From Desulfobacteraceae bacterium (GTDB lineage Bacteria > Desulfobacterota > Desulfobacteria > Desulfobacterales > Desulfatirhabdiaceae): a stretch of 64,000 bases of DNA. The DNA lies in NCBI GenBank assembly GCA_037442625.1, contig JBBIPX010000001.1:2499-66498 (forward strand), read 5' to 3'. The translations under genes were made by a program, and so were the position numbers. Shown piece after piece: positions 29,313 to 37,409 of the stretch. Below the pieces are notes generated by a model. That model searched no databases, had not been told where the DNA came from, and saw only the letters and a program-made list of their open reading frames with translations. Every line of letters begins with the position of its first letter. The stretch's first letter is position 1.

Positions 29313-29341
29313 TTGACCCGTTTCCGGATTGTTGCTATAGT
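29313..29341 (+). promoter_or_regulatory. Near-consensus sigma-70 promoter (TTGACC-N17-TATAGT) with no annotated gene behind it
   Basis: -35 at 29313-29318, an exact 17-nt spacer, -10 at 29336-29341. Read directly. Confidence 0.5.
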
Positions 29342-29345
29342 AAGC

Positions 29346-29443
29346 ACGAGTCCAAGAAGTGCTGTCACCAGTTTTTCTTGCTCAGCGCCTCCACTGAAAA
29401 ACCCATCAACCGGCTTCTTCCATTTCAGTGGAGGCTTTTTTTT
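29346..29443 (+). ncRNA. Candidate small RNA or attenuating leader (about 100 nt)
   Basis: It is bounded by the promoter above and the intrinsic terminator below. It has a 5' hairpin AGCAC-N11-GTGCT and no convincing ORF. It sits in the divergent gap between the SagB operon and tpx. Confidence 0.45.
29387..29443 (+). terminator. Rho-independent terminator
   Basis: A 13-bp perfect stem, GCCTCCACTGAAA (29387-29399) with TTTCAGTGGAGGC (29423-29435), is followed by T8 (29436-29443). Confidence 0.7.
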
Positions 29444-29585
29444 ATCGGACAATGGAATTAAAATCAATCTATTCTTGCAAAGAGAATCAGATGCAGGAAG
29501 CCGGGATAACAGCGGGCTTCGGGGGAGGGCTGAAACCAAACCGGGTGCCGATTTTCATTCATCGCTTTTAAAAAGGAGAACGATC

Positions 29586-30101
29586 ATGACCGAGCATCAC
29601 GGAGCGATCACCATGAAGGGGAACCCATTGACATTGATCGGCAGCCTGCCGGAAGTCGGCAAGGCTGCTCCGGATTTTGAAGTTCTGGACACGAATCTGA
29701 CGCCGGTAAAGCTTTCATCATTCAAGGGAAAAATATGCATTATCGCCTCCGTTCCTTCGCTGGACACCCCGGTTTGCGATATTGAGACCCGGCGATTCAA
29801 TACGGAAGCGGCCAAGCTGAACACGGACGTAGTCGTTCTCACCATCAGCATGGATCTTCCGTTTGCCCAAAAACGGTGGTGCGGCGCAGCCGGAATCGAC
29901 AAGGTCATTACGCTGTCCGATCACCGCACCGCCGAATTCGGCGCGGCATTCGGAATGATCATAAAGGAGCTTCGGCTGCTGGCAAGGGCCGTTTTTGTCA
30001 TTGACAGGAGCGGCATCGTCCGGCTGGTCCAACTGGTAAAGGAAGTGACGCAGGAGCCGGACTACGGAGCCGTTCTGTCCGCCGTCAAAGAGCTGGCATG
30101 A
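29586..30101 (+). CDS. tpx: Thiol peroxidase (atypical 2-Cys peroxiredoxin)
   Basis: SVPSLDTPVCD peroxidatic-Cys motif in a Tpx-length protein. The ATG at 29586 follows AAAAGGAGAA. I rejected the ORF-track extension to 29241. Confidence 0.9.
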   Translation: MTEHHGAITMKGNPLTLIGSLPEVGKAAPDFEVLDTNLTPVKLSSFKGKICIIASVPSLDTPVCDIETRRFNTEAAKLNTDVVVLTISMDLPFAQKRWCGAAGIDKVITLSDHRTAEFGAAFGMIIKELRLLARAVFVIDRSGIVRLVQLVKEVTQEPDYGAVLSAVKELA

Positions 30102-30203
30102 GTCGCTTTGAAAATCGCAGGCAAACGCTCAGGGAGTCGGCGGCAGCAAAAAAGCCGGCGACTCCGGCATCCGCAACCCGATCCCTGTCATGCGGGTCAT
30201 GCC

Positions 30204-30641
30204 TCATACCGTATATTTCCGTCTCAACAACTTCACCTCTTTTTGAAGATTTTTTACCCGCGTTTTCAAATCCTTGATCGCAGCGTGGGTTGCGGCTTGA
30301 ATCTGTTCCCCGTGCTCTTTTCTGTAAAGCTTTTCCAGCCGGATCAGTTCGGAATCCGCCTGCTCATCGTCTAAATGGGGACACGTGCGGGATATGGCTG
30401 CCGCAACCTTTGCATCAAAATTTCCCCGCAACTCTTCCAGAACGAGTTCCTCCATCTCCGCAAAGGACGGCTCCGCATATTCTTGCGAACAAATTAGTCC
30501 AAAGTTTTCATTGACCATCAACCGGGAGCATTTCTGGGCGATCCCTTTCAGTAAACTTTCCTCAAAATAAGCAAAATACTGCACGATCAGATTACCCGGA
30601 AGGTCTTCCGAAAGATCCGTTGACTTTGTGTCGTTGTTCAT
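30204..30641 (-). CDS. Hypothetical protein with C-terminal coiled coil
   Basis: ATG at 30641 (MNNDTK), about 145 aa, with no recognised motif. The ORF-track start is a TTG at 30653. Confidence 0.5.
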   Translation of the reverse strand: MNNDTKSTDLSEDLPGNLIVQYFAYFEESLLKGIAQKCSRLMVNENFGLICSQEYAEPSFAEMEELVLEELRGNFDAKVAAAISRTCPHLDDEQADSELIRLEKLYRKEHGEQIQAATHAAIKDLKTRVKNLQKEVKLLRRKYTV

Positions 30642-30824
30642 ATAAAAAAACAAATCCTTTCAAGAAGTTGATTGAGAAATAATGCCTGGTTCACATGCAG
30701 GTCATACGCATGCGTCCTGATTTTTATCAGACAACGCATTCAGAATCAACCACCGGACATCCCCCGGGGTGCCGGGAGGACAAACGGAATTTCCATGAAT
30801 AATAAATGTAACTTTTTTAATTTC

Positions 30825-30853
30825 TTGACAAAAGAAATACATCGACGTATTAA
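30825..30853 (+). promoter_or_regulatory. Putative sigma-70 promoter of ihfA (TTGACA-N17-TATTAA)
   Basis: A perfect -35 at 30825-30830, a 17-nt spacer, and -10 at 30848-30853. It lies about 80 nt upstream of the ATG. Confidence 0.5.
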
Positions 30854-30934
30854 GCAGTCAGGTCGGCCGAAAGGCTCAACCATGCAAAAATAGCCATAGA
30901 CTTCTACAGGTTAAGTTACAGGAGAACACCGCCT

Positions 30935-31216
30935 ATGACGCTCACAAAAGCTCAGCTCGTTGATACCATCCATGAAACCATCGGACTTCCCTCAAAAAAA
31001 AGCGTTGAAGTCGTTGAAACCTTGCTCGAAATTATTAAAAAGGCCCTGGAAGACGGTGATGATGTTCTGATCAGCGGATTTGGCAAGTTTTGCGTCAACG
31101 ACAAAGCCAAGAGACGGGGAAGGAATCCGGCCACCGGCGAAGATATGATGCTGGATCAGCGAAGGGTTGTAACCTTCAGGTGCTCTTCGGTTTTAAGAGA
31201 AAAAATCAACAAGTGA
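30935..31216 (+). CDS. ihfA: Integration host factor alpha-like DNA-bending protein (HU/IHF family)
   Basis: MTLTKAQLVD...ISGFGKF...RRGRNPATGEDM...RRVVTFR closely follows the IHF-alpha pattern. AGGAGA RBS. Confidence 0.8.
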   Translation: MTLTKAQLVDTIHETIGLPSKKSVEVVETLLEIIKKALEDGDDVLISGFGKFCVNDKAKRRGRNPATGEDMMLDQRRVVTFRCSSVLREKINK

Positions 31217-31220
31217 TCTC

Positions 31221-31772
31221 ATGACTGAAGCCAGTTCTTTACCCGATTCCAGCTTGCTTTTTTTCAGATCGCTGTTTATCAAGACCGGCGGCGACACCCG
31301 AAAACAGGTATCCATGCATGAAATCGGCAATGAGGCCGGTCTGGACAAATCGGCCTCCAAATATATCGCCGAAGAACTGATGAGCCTGGGACTGATAGAC
31401 ATCCGTACCCTTGCCGGCGGCATCGGACTTACCGCAGAAGGCGTCATTGAAGCACAGAACCGGTTCGCGGATATTGCCGGCACCGGCTCGGACGGCGTTA
31501 CACTCGGGAATCACCCGGCTGTCGGTAAAGAAATCAGCGCCGTCATTACGGATATACTGACCGAACTGAAGCCCCGGGTCGGAAAATTCGGCATGGCTTT
31601 TGAAGATCTGACGGAACTGCTTGCCGACATCCAGTCTCTGGAGGCCCAGATGCGGTCTTCAAGACCCAAAACGGCAATCGTTCGGGAATGTTTCCGATCC
31701 ATGCTGATCACGCTCACCCGCATCGGCGAGACCGAAACGCTGCCCCGGATCAAGTCCTTTCTGGCGGACTGA
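31221..31772 (+). CDS. Hypothetical protein co-transcribed with ihfA
   Basis: ATG 4 nt after the ihfA stop. 183 aa. No motif recognised. Confidence 0.55.
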   Translation: MTEASSLPDSSLLFFRSLFIKTGGDTRKQVSMHEIGNEAGLDKSASKYIAEELMSLGLIDIRTLAGGIGLTAEGVIEAQNRFADIAGTGSDGVTLGNHPAVGKEISAVITDILTELKPRVGKFGMAFEDLTELLADIQSLEAQMRSSRPKTAIVRECFRSMLITLTRIGETETLPRIKSFLAD

Positions 31773-31775
31773 TAT

Positions 31776-32057
31776 CTAACCGGTCCGGATGGCTGAATAA
31801 AGCGTCCAGACTCCGACCACCAGAAAAAATACTCCGGCCCCCATCTTGATAAAGACCGGCGGAATCACACGGCTGATCGCCTCGCCGAACATGACGGCGA
31901 TAAATGAGCTGAGCACCAGCGCACCGGCCGATCCCAGAAACACCGAAAGCTTTGAATCGCAATCCGCGGACAGACAAAATGTCGCCAATTGCGTCTTGTC
32001 CCCGAGTTCCGCCAGAAATACCATTCCAAACGTTGTCAGCAGCAGTTTTATATCCAT
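31776..32057 (-). CDS. UPF0016 (GDT1/TMEM165) family half-size membrane protein
   Basis: The signature ELGDKTQ lies in TM1. 93 aa with three TM helices. Confidence 0.75.
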   Translation of the reverse strand: MDIKLLLTTFGMVFLAELGDKTQLATFCLSADCDSKLSVFLGSAGALVLSSFIAVMFGEAISRVIPPVFIKMGAGVFFLVVGVWTLYSAIRTG

Positions 32058-32124
32058 AACCCCATAGCTTTTCTTTATATATCCATGATATCAATGCGTT
32101 ATCATCAACAGCCCCCGATTCAAA

Positions 32125-32994
32125 TCACAATGCCCTGAGGTGCTCCGGTTTCAGGGCGATCTTGCCAGCCAGCGCCTGATCGATCAATGCCAGCGTCGCC
32201 GATTTTTCCGCCGGCATCCTGGCCCGGATGGGAAGATAATTGGAGGCATGGTTGGCATGAAAAAGCCCGCGCGTCAGGTGCGTGGTTTCGATCATGGTCC
32301 TTAATTCCTGAAGCGTTTCATCCGGATCGATCAGCACGAAACGGCCGGCTTCATAATCCTTGCAAAGCGGCGTTCCCGGAATCAGCATCAGACTGAGCGC
32401 ACCGACATATTCCGGATCAATGGCCGACAGCACCCTGCCCGTTTCCTGTGCATGAATCCGCGATCGCCGCCTTCCGGCAATTCCAAGCAGCACCGTGACG
32501 GACAGTTTGAATCCGGCCTGCCCGGCTTTTTGCCCCATCCGGATCATTTCCCCGGACAGCGCCCCTTTTTGAATGGCTTGCAGGGTCGCATCATCCCCGC
32601 TTTCAAGTCCCATGTATAAGATACCAAGCCCCAGGGAGCGCAGGGTTTCCAGTTCCTGATGGGTTTTCAGCTTCAGGCTTTTGGCATTGGCGTAAGCCCC
32701 CACGCGGGTGACCCAGGGAAGGCGCTGTTTGATGTCCGTCAATATGGATATGAGTCGCTTCTGAGGGATGATCAGCGCATCCCCGTCACAGAGAAACACC
32801 CGGCGCTGGCGCCGGCAATATTTTTCGGCAAAGTCGATATCCGCCCGAATGATCTCATCGGTTTTTATCCGGAACCGCTCACCCTGATATGTTCCGCAAA
32901 AAGTGCATTTGTTCCGGGAACATCCCACCGTCACCTGAAGCAGGATGCTGTTGGCCTCGCTGGGAGGCCGGATAATCATTCCTTCGTAATGCAT
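32125..32994 (-). CDS. Radical SAM protein with CX4CX2C motif
   Basis: MHYEGMIIRPPSEANSILLQVTVGCSRNKCTFCGTY. I chose the ATG at 32994, which has GGAAGGA about 8 nt upstream. The ORF-track TTG start at 33078 is probably too long. Confidence 0.75.
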   Translation of the reverse strand: MHYEGMIIRPPSEANSILLQVTVGCSRNKCTFCGTYQGERFRIKTDEIIRADIDFAEKYCRRQRRVFLCDGDALIIPQKRLISILTDIKQRLPWVTRVGAYANAKSLKLKTHQELETLRSLGLGILYMGLESGDDATLQAIQKGALSGEMIRMGQKAGQAGFKLSVTVLLGIAGRRRSRIHAQETGRVLSAIDPEYVGALSLMLIPGTPLCKDYEAGRFVLIDPDETLQELRTMIETTHLTRGLFHANHASNYLPIRARMPAEKSATLALIDQALAGKIALKPEHLRAL

Positions 32995-33153
32995 GACAAA
33001 TCCTTCCAAATATTCTTTAGCCTCTACAACAAAACGATAACCGGTCATTTTGCTAAGCGGGACCGGTCTATTTTTCAATTCCGCTGACGAACCCGCCGGT
33101 TATCCGGCCTATGTCCGAAAGAGCAACCGCTAAAGCGCCGGGTTTCTATGGCA

Positions 33154-33169
33154 TGGCACTTTTATTGCA
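33154..33169 (+). promoter_or_regulatory. Sigma-54 promoter (TGGCAC-N5-TTGCA)
   Basis: TGGCACTTTTATTGCA read directly, a perfect -24/-12 consensus. It lies about 58 nt upstream of the ATG at 33227. Confidence 0.7.
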
Positions 33170-33226
33170 GTAATTTCCGGCATCCTGAAATAAGATTGAA
33201 AACCGTTTAAAAGGAGGCCTGCCGTT

Positions 33227-34000
33227 ATGAATTCGTTTTATCGTTATTTAACCAGGATTACGCGTTTTTTGGGATTATGGATAGTGATTTTCCCCGGTCT
33301 CGGGATGGGTTATGATGCCGCAACTGCAAATTTGCCCTTAAAAATTAATTCCAGCCAATCCGCCGATGGCGGTGGCAAAATCATGATGCAGAAGCTGGCG
33401 ACCGAGTCCTCCCCAAAACAGTTGCAAGCCTCTGCGCAAATCCATGACCAGCAGCCGCCGCCTGCCAAGATGCATCCGCAGCTTGGCAGAAGCAAGCATG
33501 CACATCAATCCGCGGCGGCCAAACCGCGCAAGATGCATGCTCAAAGCAGTAAACCCAAACGGCAGCCGGTCGTCCAAGCACAATCATCCGAGACTGCAAC
33601 TCCCGTCAATGCTCCGCCGCCTCCTGAAACGGAGCACATTGACGAAACCCCTGCAATGCAGGCGCCCGTCACCGCTGAACCGCCAGTAGCCGTCGATCAA
33701 ACCCCATTATCGACTAAAAGCCTTTCTCAACCCTATCATGACGAAAACTTGCCGTCCACCGGTAAAAAGGACGACGATATACAGGTTTCATCCATAAAAC
33801 CCTCAAAATCCGTTCCGGAATATGCACCGCAACTGGAGTCAATTCCTGAAACCGTGGGAATCATCGCGCGATTATTATTTAAGTTTTCTTTGATAACCGT
33901 TTGCTGCATTGCATTGTATTTTTCTTTCTCAGCGCTGCAGATCGCAAAATCAAACCAAAGGATGCGATACCGGGCGGGTGGTGAAACCGCCGTCGGGTGA
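33227..34000 (+). CDS. Hypothetical low-complexity (Pro/Gln/Ala-rich) bitopic membrane protein
   Basis: AAGGAGG RBS. It has an N-terminal hydrophobic segment, a long disordered P/Q/A/S-rich middle and a C-terminal TM helix (LLFKFSLITVCCIALYFSF). Confidence 0.6.
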   Translation: MNSFYRYLTRITRFLGLWIVIFPGLGMGYDAATANLPLKINSSQSADGGGKIMMQKLATESSPKQLQASAQIHDQQPPPAKMHPQLGRSKHAHQSAAAKPRKMHAQSSKPKRQPVVQAQSSETATPVNAPPPPETEHIDETPAMQAPVTAEPPVAVDQTPLSTKSLSQPYHDENLPSTGKKDDDIQVSSIKPSKSVPEYAPQLESIPETVGIIARLLFKFSLITVCCIALYFSFSALQIAKSNQRMRYRAGGETAVG

Positions 34001-34198
34001 AGCCGGCATTTAGGGTCATATCATAGAAACATATGTCATGAGAGCGCTGGGATCAAGAAAAGATTCCGTCCGGCATGAAGAATGTAAAATCGGAACACAT
34101 GTCAAAAAAATATTCAGGGCGCCAAAAAACTGGCAGCCCCTCCATATAACTGAAATGGAGCGGATGAACGCCCATTTTGAGCTGCAGGAAGTGAAATT

Positions 34199-35050
34199 AT
34201 GGCCATAGAATCCAAAATGACAATCGAAGATTATATGAAAAAAACCTCCGGAAGATACAGGGTGATCCGGCAGGATTTGAAACCTCAGAAAAAAACACAG
34301 GAGGCTTCTTGCGATTTCAATGGAATTCTCTCAACCTTTAAAAAACCGGTACAGCAAACCGAACCCAAAACCACAAAAGGACTTTCCGTCGCGGGCTACA
34401 GGCTGCACCCGGTCGCAACCTCTCACAATTCAATACAAGCGCCGGCCGGCAGTCAAACACCCACGGATCCATCTCGCGGCGTGACCGCATACAAGGAGGC
34501 CGCTGAATATCTTCTGGGTCCCGAGACTCAGAACATGCAATCCCCGGATGCAGGAACCAATGACCGGGCACAGGGCGCATCCCGGTCCGACTTGGCCAAT
34601 TCCCGGGGAACGACGCTTTCCCCGGCTTTTCGCAAAGGCTTATCACGACTCAGATCCAGCGCCAACAGCCATAAAATTGAAAAAGCCATTCAGGATGCGG
34701 CAATCCAGTATCAACTTTCTCCCAAACTGATCAAAGGGGTTATCAAGGCGGAATCCGATTACGATGTGAATGCGGTTTCTCCCGCAGGTGCGCAGGGCTT
34801 GATGCAGTTGATGCCCGGAACAGCCAGGGACCTGGGGGTGAAAAACCCTTTTGATATCCAACAGAACATTGACGGAGGAGTCCGTTATTTAAAAAAAATG
34901 CTGGATATGTTTGGCGGAAACGTCAGACAAGCGCTTTCAGCCTATAACGCCGGCCCCGAAGCCGTCAAACGCTATAATGGCAACGTCCCCTACAGCGAAA
35001 CGCGCCAGTACGTGAATCGGGTGATGGATCATACCAAAACCGCCATATAG
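34199..35050 (+). CDS. Lytic transglycosylase (SLT domain)
   Basis: AESDYDVNAVSPAGAQGLMQLMPGTARDLG is the SLT catalytic Glu-Ser motif region, and AYNAGP follows. Confidence 0.85.
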   Translation: MAIESKMTIEDYMKKTSGRYRVIRQDLKPQKKTQEASCDFNGILSTFKKPVQQTEPKTTKGLSVAGYRLHPVATSHNSIQAPAGSQTPTDPSRGVTAYKEAAEYLLGPETQNMQSPDAGTNDRAQGASRSDLANSRGTTLSPAFRKGLSRLRSSANSHKIEKAIQDAAIQYQLSPKLIKGVIKAESDYDVNAVSPAGAQGLMQLMPGTARDLGVKNPFDIQQNIDGGVRYLKKMLDMFGGNVRQALSAYNAGPEAVKRYNGNVPYSETRQYVNRVMDHTKTAI

Positions 35051-35077
35051 CATCCGCACCCGTCTTTGCCGATTCCG

Positions 35078-35105
35078 AAAAAACCCTGCAGCGCTGCAAA
35101 CGGGG
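35078..35105 (-). terminator. Weak hairpin plus T-run after the PilZ gene
   Basis: The minus strand reads CCCCGTTTGCAGCGCTGCAGGGTTTTTT and contains the 12-bp palindrome TGCAGCGCTGCA (35087-35098). The stem is short. Confidence 0.3.
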
Positions 35106-35128
35106 AAAGCCGCCTGTCGAAACGATTG

Positions 35129-35902
35129 TCAATCAGCAATTGGCAGTCTATTCAGGCGGCATTCCCGCTGAACGACATAAATAAGTTCTGTGAGCGCCTT
35201 TTCTTCGGACTTGTTCATATCGGCAAAATGAATCGCACAGCAAAAACGGCACAGCGCCGGATTTTCTTCACAACGTATAACCACGGCTTTTCGAATGATC
35301 ACCCGCTGATCGGAAAGCTTCGATCGATAGAACAGATCGATACCCGTCAATGCATCACCTGCGCACAGGGGCCAATCCGGCTCCAGCCTGTTCCGATCGC
35401 CGATCAAAGCCCCGAAAGCACCCCCCAGACTTAAATTAATTACTTGTTTTTTGAATATCACCCCATTTTTCTTGAATACCATAATTGTTCCGTGCGGAAC
35501 ATCCACGCGAAAATCACGTCGAAGCTGCTTACGGCTGATATATTCCGGAAACAGAACCCAGATGTTTTTTTGATCGGTCCGGGCCATGTCGGCATCAAAA
35601 AAATACGGCAATTTATCCGATCCGGTAAATTCAAATTGAATCTTTCGGGATGCGCCATCGATCAAACCGGCAAAGCCGTTTGGACAACCGATTAACAAAT
35701 ACGTCGACTTGCCGTTTCTTTGAATGTCATCAATGACGGTCAGTTGTTCATAATCCTTCCCCGCCAGCTTCATTCTGATCAGAGATTTGGTGTTTTTCAC
35801 CTGCTCAAGAACGGCAAAAATATTATTTTCCCCGATGATGCCGTCAATTCCCATCACGATCCCATTAAACCCGCCGGTCAACCATTTCAATCCTAAAAGC
35901 AT
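35129..35902 (-). CDS. YcgR-like PilZ-domain c-di-GMP receptor (PilZN + PilZ)
   Basis: Canonical PilZ motifs RRDFR (RxxxR) and NLSLGG ((D/N)xSxxG) lie about 30 aa apart, behind an N-terminal YcgR-N-like domain. Confidence 0.75.
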   Translation of the reverse strand: MLLGLKWLTGGFNGIVMGIDGIIGENNIFAVLEQVKNTKSLIRMKLAGKDYEQLTVIDDIQRNGKSTYLLIGCPNGFAGLIDGASRKIQFEFTGSDKLPYFFDADMARTDQKNIWVLFPEYISRKQLRRDFRVDVPHGTIMVFKKNGVIFKKQVINLSLGGAFGALIGDRNRLEPDWPLCAGDALTGIDLFYRSKLSDQRVIIRKAVVIRCEENPALCRFCCAIHFADMNKSEEKALTELIYVVQRECRLNRLPIAD

Positions 35903-35932
35903 CGCTGTTGCTGATTTTCCAAATACAGGCGT

Positions 35933-37348
35933 TCACCCTTTTTCCGGCAGTGCGTCATTTCTGAACCGGTTATCAGAAATTCGATATTTTTCAATTTTAC
36001 GATAAATGGTTGCCGTGTTTATACCTAAAATAATCGCGGCCTTTTTCCGGTTCCCCCCGGTTTCCTGAAGCACCCGGAGGATGTGCTGTTTTTCCAGGTC
36101 TTCAAGCTTCATCAGTCCGCTGCCCCTGCCCGACGAAAAATGGCGGTCGGCCCCCAGCGTGCGAACCGATGGAAGTGTCAGTTCCAGGGATTTTTCAAGA
36201 AGTACGGCCGATGCCATCATGTTTTCCAGTTCCCGGATATTTCCGGGGAAAGAATATTCCAGAAGGCATTGTTCCAGTTCGGTTGAAAGGGATTTAACGG
36301 GGCTGACTTTATTGTTTCCATATTTTCGTATGAAATGCCGGGCAAGGGGAAGAATATCTTTTTTTCTTTCCCTTAGCGGCGGAATTTTGATGGTGTACAT
36401 GCTCAGCCGGTAGAAAAGATCCGCTCTGAAACGTTCTTTTTTAACCTCATCCAGGATATCCCGATTGGTTGCCGCCAGAATGCGGACATCGATGCTTCTG
36501 CTGCTGGTGCTGCCCAACCGGTAAAACTCTTTTTCCTGTATGACTCTCAAAAGCTTTCCCTGCAGCGACGGCGCCAGCTCCGTGATCTCGTCCAGAAACA
36601 GGGTCCCGCCATGAGCCGCTTCGAAGAATCCCTTTTTGTCACTGACTGCATGGGTATAAGCGCCTTTGGCATGTCCAAAAAATTCGTCTTCAAACAGGGT
36701 CTGAGTAAATGCGGCCATGTTGACTGCAATAAAGGGTTCGTTTGCACGAGGGCTCAATTTGTGAATCATGCGAGCCATCATTTCCTTGCCCGTGCCCGAC
36801 TCGCCCGTGATGACAACGCTGTAATCCGTTGGTGCGACAGCCTCTACCTGACAAAAAACCAGCGCCATCAATTCGTCTTCCGCAACGATGTCATCAAATG
36901 ACCGGGGATTGGCCAGATTTGAAAAAGACTGCCGGCCGGCAAACCGCGCGACTTCCTTGCGGAGATGGTACCGCTTCAGCGCCCGCTGAATGATCGAGAC
37001 CAGTTTTTCGCCGTTGACCGGCTTTACCAGATAATCATCCGCCCCCAGCCTTATTGCCTGAATCGCAGTTGAAACCTCATCCGTTGCGGTAACGATCAGG
37101 CAGACTGTTTCCGGAAATTCTTTTTTAATCATCTCGAGAAGTTCCATGCCGTTGACATGCGGCATGAGCAGATCCAGAAGGATGATTTTGTACGCATTTC
37201 TTCGGACTCTGTCCATCACCAGGCTGCTGTCGGAAATCGTGTCCGGCTCCGGCAGATCAGCGCTGAGAAGTGTGGCTTTGATGCTCAGCAAAAGTCCTGG
37301 ATCATCATCAACGACCAGAATCGGGGACTGTTCGGACAGGGACTCCAT
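35933..37348 (-). CDS. Sigma-54-dependent response regulator (REC-AAA+-Fis HTH; FlrC/FleR-like)
   Basis: REC domain (ILVVDDD...LLDLLMPHVNG). AAA+ domain with GESGTGKE and GAYTHA in the GAFTGA position. C-terminal HTH (KKAAIILGINTATIYRKI). Confidence 0.9.
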   Translation of the reverse strand: MESLSEQSPILVVDDDPGLLLSIKATLLSADLPEPDTISDSSLVMDRVRRNAYKIILLDLLMPHVNGMELLEMIKKEFPETVCLIVTATDEVSTAIQAIRLGADDYLVKPVNGEKLVSIIQRALKRYHLRKEVARFAGRQSFSNLANPRSFDDIVAEDELMALVFCQVEAVAPTDYSVVITGESGTGKEMMARMIHKLSPRANEPFIAVNMAAFTQTLFEDEFFGHAKGAYTHAVSDKKGFFEAAHGGTLFLDEITELAPSLQGKLLRVIQEKEFYRLGSTSSRSIDVRILAATNRDILDEVKKERFRADLFYRLSMYTIKIPPLRERKKDILPLARHFIRKYGNNKVSPVKSLSTELEQCLLEYSFPGNIRELENMMASAVLLEKSLELTLPSVRTLGADRHFSSGRGSGLMKLEDLEKQHILRVLQETGGNRKKAAIILGINTATIYRKIEKYRISDNRFRNDALPEKG

Positions 37349-37409
37349 CAGACCTCTTTATCGCAAAAATCGGGAAAAGGCAGGGCCCGAAAGCCTGAAG
37401 CCCGCCGTT

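Noticed and set aside
29441-29480. TCCGATAA (minus strand), considered as a sigma-28 -10 element upstream of the SagB operon
   Set aside because: The -35 region matches only 3 of 8 positions, the operon is not flagellar, and the motif overlaps the T-run of the plus-strand terminator.
30131-30167. Imperfect 12-bp hairpin (GGAGTCGGCGGC...GCCGGCGACTCC) between tpx and the convergent 30204 gene, considered as a bidirectional terminator
   Set aside because: The A/T run sits in the loop rather than after the stem, on both strands, and the stem has a mismatch. It may still be a stabilising 3' hairpin, but I do not call it a terminator.
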